Below are positions 1-12,900 of a DNA stretch of 64,000 nt, in pieces. The notes beneath the pieces were generated by a model. It searched no databases and was not told the origin of the DNA. It worked only from the letters and a program-made list of their open reading frames with translations. Within the stretch, counting starts at the first letter, position 1. Every line of letters starts with the position of its first letter. Both the position numbers and the translations under genes were made by a program. Source of the DNA: Ramazzottius varieornatus (Eukaryota > Animalia > Tardigrada); the NCBI GenBank assembly GCA_001949185.1, contig BDGG01000002.1, positions 5,260,448 through 5,324,447 on the forward strand, read 5' to 3'.

Positions 1-627
1 AGGTTCACTGCAACATCAAAATTTCTCTCTTCAGGCTGTTCTCCCTATAGGGCAGTAGAATATTCGATGGGTTTTACCCGCGATCTGCTTCTCGTAGTCG
101 GTAACCATCCTCCTGTGGTGATCTTCCTTGTCACGGACTAGCCCATTTGTTATCGTCTGAGCTTTCCTGTACTCGCTCTCCAGCTCCTGAGCACGACTGT
201 ACAGTTTAAGACTCGCGTCATGGAGGAACTTCATGGCTTCGTTGACATTATCCTGGTTTGAGTTCAGAAGCTTTTCGTACAGCTGGTTGAGGTCCTGCAA
301 CCTGTCTCCGGTGTCGGTTGCTTCCTGCAGCTCCCCTTCAGTTTCCTTGTACCTCTTCTCCCATAACTCGTCCTCCTCAGCTGCCATTATGTCCGCCTGT
401 CTGATGTCTTGGACCTTCATGTCCGCATTGTCCAAGACAACAGTGGGCATTATGAGACCGACCGAGAAAACGGTGCGAATATGACCCGGAAGTGGATCCA
501 ACAGCTCTACTGGTTGGACTTCCATCCATGGATCGGCACCGTATGGGTAGCTGGGCATGACGTCATAGTGGGGAACTTTCTTGCCCTTCTTCTTTCCCTT
601 CTTGGACTTTCGCTTCTTTTTGGCCAT
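1..627 (-). CDS. Ciliary coiled-coil protein, CFAP157/BBOF1-like (5' part; continues off the left edge)
   Basis: ATG at 627; Lys-rich N-terminus MAKKKRKSKKGKKKGKK followed by a coiled coil (EAMKFLHDASLKLYSRAQELESE) resembling CFAP157 [23 protein letters not shown]; probable GT donor near 77. Confidence 0.45.
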
Positions 628-1665
628 GGCCCAGTTCTTTAATCAGTTCATCAAAAAACTTTGTGTTAGGAAATTTAAATCGAAGCCGTGGAACACAAGT
701 ACAGTGGAAACAACGGTACACGACGACGGGTGAGCTGGCAGTCTTTTTGTCAGGGACCTGTTGCTGGGTTTCTAATATAACAGTTACATACGGCCCTATG
801 GATTTAGGACGGTGGACCTTTCGTACGAGAGTAAACTATCGTTTGCTGCAGCGCGCTACGGTCTGCGGTCAAACCGGAATCCGACCACCGGAATTTGCTC
901 GGGTGCGTTGGACATTACGTGTCGTACATCCGAATGTATTTCGTCATATTTTATCGTTCGTATCCTTATAAGGAGAACGAGTGGCATTCCATTTGTAAAA
1001 AGCCCCGCGCGTAAAATGACCGTCAACTTGACCGCCGAAATGCTTTACAATTGTCGGACATGGTCGACGAGATGACACAATAAGTCAACAAAGTAACTCA
1101 TGTAGGTCCATATCGATATGCATTGGACTGGGAAATATGCATTTGGTGGTTCTTGGTGTCATGTTGACAGAGCTTGTAGCGCATATATAAGCCCATAAGA
1201 CAAATTTAATCCACACTTGAATTAATTTTCCTGCATGAAGATGAGCGTGGACGATTAAGACGTTTCAAGCTATCGAGCAGGTACCTCAACGACCCAACCC
1301 ATTAGGTCGCTCGCGCTGAGAAGGTTTGATTAGCGGATCTTAACGCCTCCTGAACTCTTGATCTCTGCCACTTGTATCCTGCTCTGCAGCGCTACGTGGT
1401 AGTCAAAGTATAAGAGGGCTGTTCCCGCCTTGTCTTGTCTAAAGCCGCCAGCCGATTGTTGTCTCGAGGATACGTATATCATGTCGACATTGTGGTCAAT
1501 CAGGATGGCAAAGCCATAATTTTCATGGTTTATTAAACTCTTCATCTTTCTGGTCATACCTCCGAAAAGTACCTAAATCTCTGCTACACTTGCCGGACTA
1601 CACTTGAGGACTTCCTCGGAGAAAACACCAGAGCTCGCATTCCCGTTTTTAAATTCTACACCAAC

Positions 1666-2136
1666 ATGGAGATAAGAAACTGCATATTCTCCCTGATCTT
1701 CAGTCTTGTACTTTGTATCACTCCCGCATTTGCAAATTATGGAGGCGGCGGAGGAGGATATGGTGGTGGCGGTGGAAGTTATGGAGGAGGTGGTGGCGGA
1801 TACGGCGGAGGTGGTGGGGGACTTGGTATGAGTTCGACAGGACATTTATAACATTCACTCACACAAACTCACGTTTACGAAACATTCCAGCCTATCATAT
1901 TTCTTCAGTTTCATCGCGCAAAGCTGTTTCTTGCAGGCGGCTTGGGAGGACTAGGAGGACTGGGAGGATTCGGTGGACTAGGCGCGTTCGGGGGACTGGG
2001 CGGCCTGTATGGAGGACTAGGTGGATTATACGGGGGACTTGGAGGTCTCGGTGGTCTTTATGGAGGACTAGGCTTATTCCCTCCTTTCGGAGGAATTGGC
2101 GGGTTAGGCTATGGTGGGTTTGGATTATTTGGCTAG
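1666..2136 (+). CDS. Secreted glycine-rich protein (signal peptide + GGY/GGL repeats), 2 exons
   Basis: Signal peptide MEIRNCIFSLIFSLVLCITPAFA. Intron 1826-1936 (GTATGA...TTGCAG) joins the (G)nY block in frame to the GGLGGLY repeats; stop at 2134-2136. Confidence 0.85.
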
Positions 2137-2732
2137 AATACTTCGACAGACCTTAGTTTTTGCTCACAACATCTCTTCTCGATTGTGGTCATCCTCCTAC
2201 ATCACCTCCTGTACCTTCCTTTTGACAACTCTTTCCTTTCCACCAGTTTCTCCTACGTGAATCTGTTAGTGTCTCAGTCTAAACCTTTTTCGGATCGAAT
2301 TTCTGTGGGTTGGTACTTGGCTGAATATGTTTTGACTTGTGCGAGTAAACTCAGGCTGGTTCCGAATCATGTCCGTAATCGTGTCACAGCCTGGCCTTTC
2401 TGGTATCATAGAAAAGGCACCAGCTCGGCTGACTGAATTTGCCCTGTCCAGTACAGGCACTCATCCCTCGAGTGCTTGCGGTACTCGCGATAAGCACCAC
2501 CATCCCATGAACTTGGTGCACTCGAAGGTGAAGGACGCCGGAAGTGAGAGTGTAGTTTACTCGAGCAAGACGAGACTAGACAACAATGGCCCATGGCTTC
2601 GTCAACCCTCCTGGAATATTATCCTGATAATGGTGAATGTTATGTTGTATCAAATTCCCAAGCAATAGCAAACAACAACGAACTGATAATGACAAAATAA
2701 GAATATTCGAAGCGGTACCAGTGCATGGTAAG

Positions 2733-5485
2733 TCACTCCTTCACGACAGGTCCTCCAACCGTGATCTGCTTCAGCGTACTCGTCAACTGCAAAACAGCAA
2801 AAGGTTGACACACGATCTGACACGTCTAGACAGATCAATTATGGCAACTTACCTCTTCGAACTTCTGAATGTTGCGAACAAAGAAGTCGCCATACCGCGG
2901 TGCAACTTTCGTATCGGCAATGTAAATCATGTTTCCATCAATGTAGAAATCCAACTCTGGTCTGCACTCCAATCTTCCTTCCAACGGCGACCCATGAGTA
3001 TGTACCATGTTCGTCATCTTATGCTGGAACCAGAAAACCTTGCAGATATCATACGGTATAAGAATATGGAGCAAGGCGAAAGTAAATCGACATACCTTGT
3101 AAGTATACAGATGCTGAAGCAGAATATCTTCAGCCATCTCCAAAAAGTTGGCCAGCTTGGGTACTGGCATGGAGGTATACAGCTTCAGGTAACTACAAGT
3201 ATGATATTCGAATAATTCAACAGTAACGACAGCCGTTGAAACTTGGACAGGTTCGGACCGAAAATTACCTCTGGATGGTGGACATCATATTCTGAGCTAC
3301 ATACTCTTGCTTGAGGATGCTCAGCTGATAGTTTTGGAACTCCTACAAGACAGTTGATTATTGGTACAAATGATTTCTTTTATTCTCGCAAAAGTCGGTC
3401 CGGCATACTTTGAAGCTATTCGGTTGAAGATCATCGTAGTTTGTAGCAGGAGTGATGAACTTGGGCATCCCTTGGTTCAACAACTTTTCGAATTCTTCCT
3501 CTTCGTTCCTATTGATAAAACTCATAAAAAATCTGATACTTTGAGCATGACAAAGGGGGAACACCGAAAATTCTGTTCGGAAATTCATTCACGTATATTT
3601 TGCCTTCGACTCACATTTTCTGGATTTTGCTGAAGCGATCGCCCAGTTTGTCTCGCAGGGACGAGCTGATGGATTCGTCAATGTGCATGGGGTGCAGCGT
3701 GAGGCAGACAGCCAAGCAGTTGTACATCTTGTCCTGCGTTTTGGTCAAAGTGTCCACTTGATAGGTTCGACCAACGGTGGCGCTCTGGTCGAAGATGCCA
3801 TTGCCAACTGCCGCGTGGTTCCTCGACACGTTGGTTGTTGCTCTTTGCTGGTACAGAAGCAAATCACAGAACGTCCGAATGGCGTCCTGGTACCGACGCA
3901 TCATCATGTAAGCAACTCCGACATGGTAGTAGGTCGTCACTTGACAAGCCTGCAGTCCGTTTGCTTGGAGATGCTAAGATGTGGAAAAGCAATCCGTGTT
4001 AACAAGAACGCATGTTGGAGTCAATAAGGTTCGTCATAGCTGACATTACCTTCTTTCCCAGTTCGACGTTGTCCAGAGCCTTCAACGCGGTGTGGTAGTC
4101 TCCGAGGAGACAATGAAGTCGCATGAGACTGATGAGGCTATAGTATCCGAGCATCTTGTACATCGGATGGTCGGCGAACGAACCGCTTTCGAAGTTTGGA
4201 TCACCTACGACGTAGAATTTCCGTCTTGAGATATCCACATAAAAGTGTGACTTTCTATTCGGCACGTGGTAGTTGATACTGACCCCCCGAGTTGTGGATC
4301 TTTAGCTGCTCTTGGATTCGGCTTCGTTCCACGAGCTTTAGCCAGATGTTCATCACCACGGTCACATTCCAGATCTGCGAAGTGAGTAAATGCTCGATAA
4401 ATAAAAAACTTTTCGAGCGCAACAAGAAAGCTAACAGGACTCTACCATTTCGTTCTCTTTCAACATTTCCTTTTCTTCTTCGTGCAACTTGTCAGCCTTC
4501 GCTCGATACGTGCAGAACGCAGTGAACTGGTACATGAACTCGTCGATTATGTCCCACACCCATTCGTTAGGCAGCCCAATGTCCAACGGCGTGTCGCGAT
4601 CTGGGAAAAGAACTGTACTTACAGTCAAAGGTCTTCAGATCGTCAAGTGCACCAACTCGTACTAAGCTCAGGTACTTACTCAAGATCAGATCGAAGATCT
4701 GCCAATAGTTCTGGTAAGACTCAAATCGCTGGTCGATCGACAGACTATCGCGCTGAAGGACCAAAAGATTAGTGTAAAATCACAACCAGGTGCTACTCCG
4801 ACACTCGCAATTATAGAAGGAAACTCTTACCGAGCTCTCGTAGATGTGTCTGTAGTACAGTTCCTTGTACAGCAACGTGAATACCCCTTCTACAAGAATA
4901 CATAATGATCAGCCTAACGAATATTCTTCATCGCTTGGACAAAAAGTAGGAGCAATGCTTACCAGGTAAGTCGTCGATTTGACTCTCGACAATCTTCGGG
5001 TGCGGCCAAGCGCGCTGTTGATAATAGTTCTCACTCCACTCTCGGAATCTATATAAGCCAGCATTTTCACCATGCATGTCCGATATCCGCAAAAATTAAC
5101 TAATGAGTAGTTCTTACCCAGCTTCGTACAGATGCTGCATTCGAACAGTATCATGGTCCTTGATAGCCTTCTTGAGGTCTTGCAAGTATTCAATGACTTC
5201 CGGTGGGATGTCGGAGTCGTCATTAGCTCCTAATGGTTCTCGTTCTTGCCAGTGTTGGTGTTGCTGCTCTCTGTAACCTTGCTGTCTACGTCCACCTCCA
5301 CCGTCTCCTCCATACCCTCGATCTTGTCCGTAACCCCGATCTTGTCCATATCCTCGATCTCTCCCATAGCCCCCACCGCCGTAGCTGCCGCCATATCCTC
5401 CTTCGTCATGGAACCTTCCACGGTTATCGTCATTGTTGTAATTGTTATATCCGCGCCGGCCACCGGTGGCAGCTGAGTAGGACAT
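2733..5485 (-). CDS. EIF3L: Eukaryotic translation initiation factor 3 subunit L (multi-exon)
   Basis: Motifs IPPEVIEYL, LPNEWVWDIIDEFMYQF, YKMLGYYSLISLMRLHCLLGDY, TTYYHVGVAYMMMRRYQDAIRTF and LDFYIDGNMIYIADTKVAPRYGDFF; last exon LTSTLKQITVGGPVVKE*. Confidence 0.95.
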
Positions 5486-6101
5486 GTTGCGTCGTCCACC
5501 GAAGTCATGGCCTCCACCGCCTCGGTAATCGTTGTTGGGCTCGTTTCGATACTATAAGCAAGAAAATAATACCGTATAGGGTCAGCTGAACGAACGCTTC
5601 CGGCAGACTGGAATACGCCATTAAGGAAAGGTTCTTCGAATTTGAGATACCAACCATGGTGTACCGCTGAGTCAGTGGAATGATTCCAGAACAAAATTGT
5701 TGGCCAATGAACGGGAAGGGGGAGAATCTCAATCAGTGACAAGCCGGGAGTTCAAGACAACAGAATGGTAGTGGACGAAGGAAACTCAGGAGTGTGGCAA
5801 GAACTTCATCGGCCAGCTAGATTCCAAATTGGAGCTTACGTGTCATGTCATATGTCGCTTTTCCAATAGTCGCAAAATCCCAACTTGGGAACTCCCTAAA
5901 CAACAATCAGCTGAACGGACAGTTTGACGATGACATTGTAAGGTCGTGTCCTTCTGGTCATGTCATGTAACTAACATATGTTGACATCTTGTCATCGTGT
6001 CATCACTTATGTCGGACAGTCGGAAGTGCGACTCTTTCTGGAAGCTCCGTCTCCATCGCAGATCATCTCGCTATCGGCAATAGGATACAGTTCAGATAGG
6101 C

Positions 6102-8191
6102 ATGGAGAGTGGAGACGACGGGAAGAATGGGGCTTTGTCACTGGTGGAGGAAAATGTGGATCACAAATACGACCGACTTGTGGCGGAGAACAACAAGGTA
6201 AGACTCGCTAATTCCCTATATTCCTTTTGTATCATTCTGGTGAGTGGTGATCAACAACACGTTGATTAGGATGTTTTGTAGATGCGTTCCCAGCTAATCG
6301 TTCTGAAGAATGTTATCCTCGAAGAAAAGGCTGCGAATTCAGAGTTGAAGGTAGGTCGGAGGACTCACAGACCTGCTGTGTTTCATACACTTCTCTGGAA
6401 CCGGAAGTGATTTACTGATACTGTGTTGCAGAACCAAACACGCCAGAAGGATCAAGCTATCCGCCGACTAGAACAAGAAACGGAAAGTCTGCGGTTTTGC
6501 AACGGTCAAATTTCGACCAGACTGGTAGTCCTCCAGAACGATTTGAAAGAACATGAGGCTCGGATGAAAAGTGTGCGTATATGTACAGTATTTACGTATA
6601 TGCCAATCTTTAGTATCACTCGAGCACACTGGAGCTTTTCCACTGATCTATCAAATTTTGTGATTTTCATAGAAATCGAAGAAGCAGCCTCAGCCAATGT
6701 TTCAAGATGGATCCTCGTTTTCTGCACCGGATCTCCATGAAGACTTTGTACAGTTGGTTACGATAAACGCTCGCCTGTCCCAAGAGGTACGTTCGGTTCT
6801 TCCGGGTCTTGGACAGCCCACAAGCGATTTTGTCAAAAGACTTGTCGCCATGTCGAGAACTGCATGATTTTTGTGCAATTAGCTGAGCTCGCTGCAAAGT
6901 AATTTCGACGAGAAATGTACGAAGTTGGAGGAGGAAAAGAACCGTCTGGAAGTGAGTGCCAACAGGTGTTCCCAAGAACTTAACGACTACAAGAACATGT
7001 ACGACAGCCTGGAGCTACGGATCAAAACCGAAGCCGAGAAAAGTTTTCAGAAAGAGGTGCGCAAGTGTCATTCCTTTTGCATTGAACACATTGGCTACTA
7101 TGCAGTGACAAATCTGATGGTGATCATCCAAGAGCGAGCAAGATGAAATAATTATTTTCATTCCAGATATCCGAGCTGAAACTCAAAGTCCACGATCTCT
7201 CAATAGTGAGTGCTTAATGATGTATCTGCCGCTTTTCAGTGCAGTCGCGTCTTCATTTTTAAAACAACTTTTTTGCAGGAAAATGACCGCTTGCAAGATC
7301 GCAACGAAAAAATCCGCTCGGAAATCGCTGCGATACATCAGGTGTGTTTGTCGAACAGCGAAATGAGATATCGGCAGCCGAGCAGTTTGCAGCATAAATA
7401 CAAAGTATTGCTTCGCGGTTTCAGCATAATATCGACACAGCTCATCAAGGAGAACTAGTGAAACAGTTGACACACCAAGTAAGCTCGTGGACCTGGGTCT
7501 CCATTAATTGGTTGTTGCTGACCACCTTTCAGATGAGCCCAAGCTTTTCTTTTTTCAGATTGAGTCTCAGAAATCCAGGCTGCTGAAACTACAACAAGTA
7601 GGCTTCTTTACAGTGACCAGAAAGAGCTAGCTGTGTGATGTATGCATACCGTAAGTTCTTAGTTTGCAGGAGAAGGAAAAGTGGACCATGGACTTCCAGC
7701 TTTCGCGATTCAAGAACCAACAAGGGAGCTTGGGTGCCGACGTCCACACTGCTGGAACCCAGCCTCATTATCCCGATGAGCATGGGGATGGTCATTTACG
7801 TTGTCGGATTGAAGGCCTCGTGGTGGAGCTGCAGCATGCGGATGGAAAAGCATCCTTGTATCAGGCCGAGGTAAATATCACTCTGATTAAGTGCCAACTG
7901 GTCGTATGACTATGAATCTTACTGCAGTGTTCCGCCTTGATGATGAAGATGGACCTCGCGGAACAGAGCCGTTTGAAAACTGTCAAAGACCTTTCGGATG
8001 CTCAGCAGCATATCGTCGACCTGAAACGGCATCTGGAAACTACTGTGATCAAGACTAACGAGCAGATTAGTCTGCTAACTGAGCATCTCGCCACCATGAA
8101 CGAAAAGCTTCAAGACAGGACTGACGAGATCAACGCCCTGAAGTTTGAGTTACACAACCACCAAACTAACTCCAAAAGCAAGAAACCATAG
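6102..8191 (+). CDS. PPP1R21: Protein phosphatase 1 regulatory subunit 21 (KLRAQ/FERRY Fy-2)-like, compact form
   Basis: N-terminal KYDRLVAENNK-MRSQLIVLKNVILEEK...KDQAIRRLEQETESLRFCNGQISTRLVVLQNDL matches the KLRAQ domain; C-terminal EQISLLTEHLATMNEKLQDRTDEINALK matches the TTKRSYEDQ-domain end. Confidence 0.85.
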
Positions 8192-8627
8192 ATCGTTCTC
8201 GCAAAGAACTATTGCCGTGCATTTCCGAGTACCTCTCCCGCATGGGGGGAATTCTTTTCGTATTCCATTGTTTTTCCATTGACACAATGAATTTATTTTG
8301 TACAAGCTGTATCCGTTACGGAAATGCCGGATGCTTGCGCCTGCTTCAAGTGTTGTACAGTATCAAAATGTGGTTTCTAAGTTGATGGAAATATCTTAAG
8401 ATCTTATGCACAAAGCGTTTTTGAATTATATAGCGATTCCTTTGATGAATCGGAAGAAGTATTAACTAAATAAATTATCATAGACAGGACTGTGATCTGC
8501 CGTAAGCTCGATTTTTAGCTGAACTGTCAGGTGAAAAACCAGATAAAAGTGTGAACTATGGTAATGATATGCGATCGGAACACCAGTAAGGTAAATCAAG
8601 AGACTATTCAGCGCATCTTCAACCCGA

Positions 8628-8975
8628 TTACTTCTGCTTCTTCTTTTTCTTCGCATCGACGCTGGTCTTCTTAGCGTCGTTCTGTACATCGGCTGGGTCC
8701 CCGTTTTCCTCCGCATCCCTTACTGGCTGCCATTTCAGAGGGTGTTTTCGGAATGTGGGCCAAGGAATACCGCACAGAATCGCAGACAGGATGCTACCGA
8801 CTCCGAGTGCGCCAACAGTGTATGAGAACTGCTGGAAATAGTATCCAACAACGAATCCTACGGCCGCTGCGAGCAGGATAGTTCTTTGGTACAAACGCTC
8901 GGACGATTTCTGCCCTTCGTAATCCATGTATGCCCACTCGAACTTGAACCAGTCTGTTATGCTAGCCAGAGACAT
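8628..8975 (-). CDS. SPCS1: Signal peptidase complex subunit 1 (SPC12)
   Basis: MDYEGQKSSERLYQ...VGFVVGYYFQQFSYT...IPWPTFRKHPLKWQ; ATG directly after a 5'UTR-intron acceptor (TTGCAG). Confidence 0.93.
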   Translation of the reverse strand: MSLASITDWFKFEWAYMDYEGQKSSERLYQRTILLAAAVGFVVGYYFQQFSYTVGALGVGSILSAILCGIPWPTFRKHPLKWQPVRDAEENGDPADVQNDAKKTSVDAKKKKKQK

Positions 8976-9901
8976 CTGCAACACACAAAAGGAAATTGCG
9001 TGACCGGATGCTCGAAGCATACAGGGTGCACACAGCGATCTGTGACCAACTTCCTCTAGAAAGCTTACCTCAACCGAACAAACAGTACGTAGCTATAGGA
9101 TCAAGCGATGAAACGTCCGAAGTAACAGCGAGTTCAAGAAGTTCCCGTGTGAGGATGGCACGTGGCTTCCAGCGAGCTGAGGCGCCTCGGTAGAAAGTTC
9201 CACCGAAGTAGACAGGTCCAGAAGCACCTAGAACCCGCAAACTTTGGAAGAGAAGTCAGAATCCGGACAAGAAGACAATAAAAGCGGAGTGGATACTCCG
9301 ATAATACTCTACCAGGGATCCAGAAGAAACGGAGACGAGCGTCGAGCGATGAAGTGAATCTGGCAAGAAATTCTGGAATCTGGATGCGAGCGATGCGTCA
9401 CAGTTCTGAAGAGCAATGGAATCAATCAAGCTCACCAATCATTCGAAAGACGCCACAGTAAATTTGCCAGCTGGCTTGACCCGCCTCATGACCAGTTTTC
9501 TCTGACGTGAGCAAAAAACACAAACAAAACGTGGCACTTGATTATAGCCGCTTTCACCGTTTCACGTGTCCAGTTCCAGAAGTTTGCTTCTGTTCCAGTC
9601 ACCATCTTACCAACTAACGACAAACTCGGAAACCGAATCATCTGTATCGCGAGCACTGTTCTGCTTCGGCTGCTGCATGGTAAGTGTACGGAACGGAGCA
9701 GAGTCAACAGACGTATCTTATTATTCTTATAGTAGCTGGACTTTCCTGCCGTGATTCGAGACCCAGAGCGACCAACGTCTGTTCCGACTGTTCGTTATAG
9801 GTATACCTGACTGTGAATCGTTGGTCATCATTGCAAACCGCTCTTTAGAAGCCGAAAGTACAGGCGGCATTCCTGGAAGCTTGCACGTCGCCGGTGTGAC
9901 C

Positions 9902-11339
9902 ATGAAAGCATTGATTCTTGTTGGAGGCTACGGAACGCGTTTACGTCCTCTCACATTGAGTCGGCCGAAGCCGCTCGTGGAATTCTGCAACAAACCTATG
10001 CTTTACCATCAGATCATCGCACTACGTGATGTGAGTATTGTCAGTAAGAAAGCGGTTACCTTTTTTGTGTATGCTGAACCAAGGATCGTTCTTTCAGGCT
10101 GGAGTGGACCACATTATCCTTGCAGTCAGTTATCGGGCTGAGATGATGGAAAGGGAACTTACAGACCTGGCGTCGAAGGTTTTACATATTTCACGCATCC
10201 AAATATCTTACCCGAGTGGGGTTGCAGTGTTTTGTCTTTTCTGTAGCTAGGAATAAAAATGACGTACTCGCTTGAAGAGGAACCTTTGGGTACCGCGGGA
10301 CCTCTTGCCTTAGCAAGCTCTTATCTCGAAGGTTCCGGACCCTTCTTTGTTCTGAACAGCGACGTTATTTGCGACTTTCCTTTCAATGATATGATAGCAT
10401 TCCACAAGAATCACGGACGAGAAGGCACTCTTGTGGTAAGTGGGACTACAGCTTCGATATTTTGCGCAAAGTATTGACTTCCGGGTTCGCAGTTAATGTA
10501 CATTGGCTCTTCAGGTTACTACAGTCGCTGAACCCTCCAAATATGGAGTCGTTATCTACGACGAAGTTGGGTGCATCGATAGTTTCGTAGAGAAGCCTCA
10601 GGAGTATGTCTCGAACAAGATCAACGCCGGTCTGTACATGTTTGGACCCGAGATACTGAAACGCATCCCATTGAAACCTACATCCATCGAGAAAGAAATC
10701 TTTCCCGGAATGGCTGATCAGAAGCAGCTCTTCGCAATGGAACTCGAAGGTAAGTTCTACACTTTTCCTCACGATAATTATGGTAGCTTAAAAAACGAGA
10801 GGTTAGAGAAGCATTTGTGTTTTAGGCTACTGGATGGACATCGGACAACCAAGAGATTTCCTTACAGGAATGTGCCTTTATCTCGGCAGTGCCGAAAGGA
10901 GGAAAACCGACGAACTCGCTTCTGGGTCGCCGTTTGTAGGATACGTGATGGTGGTATGTTGTGGAAATCACCTGCTTGATAACATAGAAAACTTTTAAGT
11001 GTAAGTAATACTGATTTCATGTAGGACCCCACTGCCAAAATAGGCCAAAACTGCAAAATCGGCCCGAATGTGGTAATAGGTCCTAACGTCGTAATCGAAG
11101 ATGGAGTGCGCATTCAGCGCAGTACCATTCTGGGAAGTACCAAAATTCGCGCATATTCCATGCTGAATGACTGCATAATCGGATGGAACTGCGACATTGG
11201 CAGATGGGCACGAATGGAAAATGTCTGCGTGTTGGGCGAAGACGTCCAAGTGAAGGACGAGCTGTATATAAATGGAGGATTTGTCTTACCTCATAAAGAA
11301 ATAAAAGCATCCGTAACAGAACCCCAGATCATAATGTGA
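9902..11339 (+). CDS. GMPPB: Mannose-1-phosphate guanyltransferase beta (multi-exon)
   Basis: [50 protein letters not shown]...KINAG, hexapeptide repeats, and C-terminus [18 protein letters not shown]. Confidence 0.97.
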
Positions 11340-11637
11340 GCTTTTCTTTCCGCCATCGACAGGCGACATGGTTCTTCCTGTAACTTCGCTCCGGAGAATT
11401 TTCCACTTTTTTACTGTTTTTCCTGATGCCTTATGCTGCCTTAAGGAGAAAGTTTTGGATATTTTATACTGTATGCATGCAGCATGGTGAGATGGGGTCC
11501 ACGGTGGAAAACGACCGCAAAGCTGGAGCCACATTTCGGCCCAAGTGAAAGAACGAAGTTATTTCCAAGGACAGTAAATCTGCTGTCGCTTCGTAACAAT
11601 ACAAATCTTGGATGCTCTTTCGGAAGGTCGCTAGTAG

Positions 11638-12348
11638 CTACCGCTTTTTTGGCAGGTGTTCGAGTTTCGTATCAACCGGAACCACAGCGGCGGACAACCT
11701 CTTCGGAGTTTTGCGAAACGTTTCCGGGCAGATAACTTCATGCGGTCCGATAGGAATATTCAGTAGGCCTGCTGCACTATAGGACAAAACGACTCCAAGT
11801 TTCGCATCTCCAGCCACATCTAGCTGGACAGGAGCGTCCAGCACTAATACTCGCGCTAAGAACAGATCTCTAACAGCGAAGTGGTCCTCTAGTTCCACAC
11901 GGTGAGGATTGAGTGGCTCAATATTCTCCATTCTCAGCACCGCGGTTATGCCGTGATTCAGGTTTTTCCCTCCCACCGCTCGGATAAGGCAGCCGATCTC
12001 CAGGACATCCACAGAAGTCACTTCGGCAATGACAACGTCTCCAACTTCCGGCATCAGGTGGTTCACACGGTTAGCAGCTTTTGGTCGTGATACCGAGATG
12101 TCGATCCGCTGTTCGTTCTCATCGTGGTATGCGTTCACCGTCACAGTTCCCAGGAATGACGCGCGAATCTTTCGTTCTTCCAACCAGGTTCCAGGGCCAG
12201 GCTTGACAATCTTCCCGATTACTCCGAGGACTTCACCGGGACTGACAACTTTGTTTGAATGAACAAGGGCTTTGCCCGCTCTCGGGATGACGAGCTGGCG
12301 GTACGACGTCTTTGGTGCGGTTATGTCCATGTCCGCTCCTTCCTCCAT
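11638..12348 (-). CDS. EXOSC1: Exosome complex component CSL4 (intronless CDS)
   Basis: VVSPGE...PGPGT N-terminal domain, S1 domain MPEVGDVVIAEVTSV...FAVRDLFLARV, LGVV and CPET C-terminal motif. Confidence 0.88.
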   Translation of the reverse strand: MEEGADMDITAPKTSYRQLVIPRAGKALVHSNKVVSPGEVLGVIGKIVKPGPGTWLEERKIRASFLGTVTVNAYHDENEQRIDISVSRPKAANRVNHLMPEVGDVVIAEVTSVDVLEIGCLIRAVGGKNLNHGITAVLRMENIEPLNPHRVELEDHFAVRDLFLARVLVLDAPVQLDVAGDAKLGVVLSYSAAGLLNIPIGPHEVICPETFRKTPKRLSAAVVPVDTKLEHLPKKR

Positions 12349-12900
12349 CGCTGTAGTACAAAACCTAAGACAGGAGGATCGAAGACGACTGAGTAGAGCA
12401 ACTCCGGACGAAAGATCAAAAGAGCCTAACCAGTCCAATTCCGATAAAATGTTGAGTTTGACTGCCTGAGGAGTAAAAACCAAGGTCACAGAGGTATTCG
12501 CCCAGCGCCCGCGGGGAGTGTGTCTTGCCTTGAGGTCACTTCACTCACCTTGCAGTTTCATAATCGTAATCATAACACGCTACTGTTGTTTCTCTTGGTG
12601 CTCTGCATGACATTCTTCTGTCTCGAGAGTTGAAACTTATCTGTTTGTGCATACTTGAGAGCAAGAAGCGGGTGCATTGGGCAGAGATACCGCCGTCGTA
12701 GTCTTGAAGAGGTCCGCAGACGCCATTGTAAAGGGATCGCCTGCCAGCCACGGAGAAGATTGTACTGTACTTCTGACTTCCGGTAGGTTGAACGGGAGAT
12801 AGTATATCCTTCGGCAGACAACTGGGTGCTCACAATTCACGAATGGCGGATAATGGTTCACGGCGATCTTTCTTGCAGGCATCTCTCCGTTACCACCACA

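Noticed and set aside
2406-2620. Possible alternative last exon of EIF3L
   Set aside because: A donor/acceptor pair can be drawn, but the peptide has no recognisable conservation and the normal stop at 2733 suffices.
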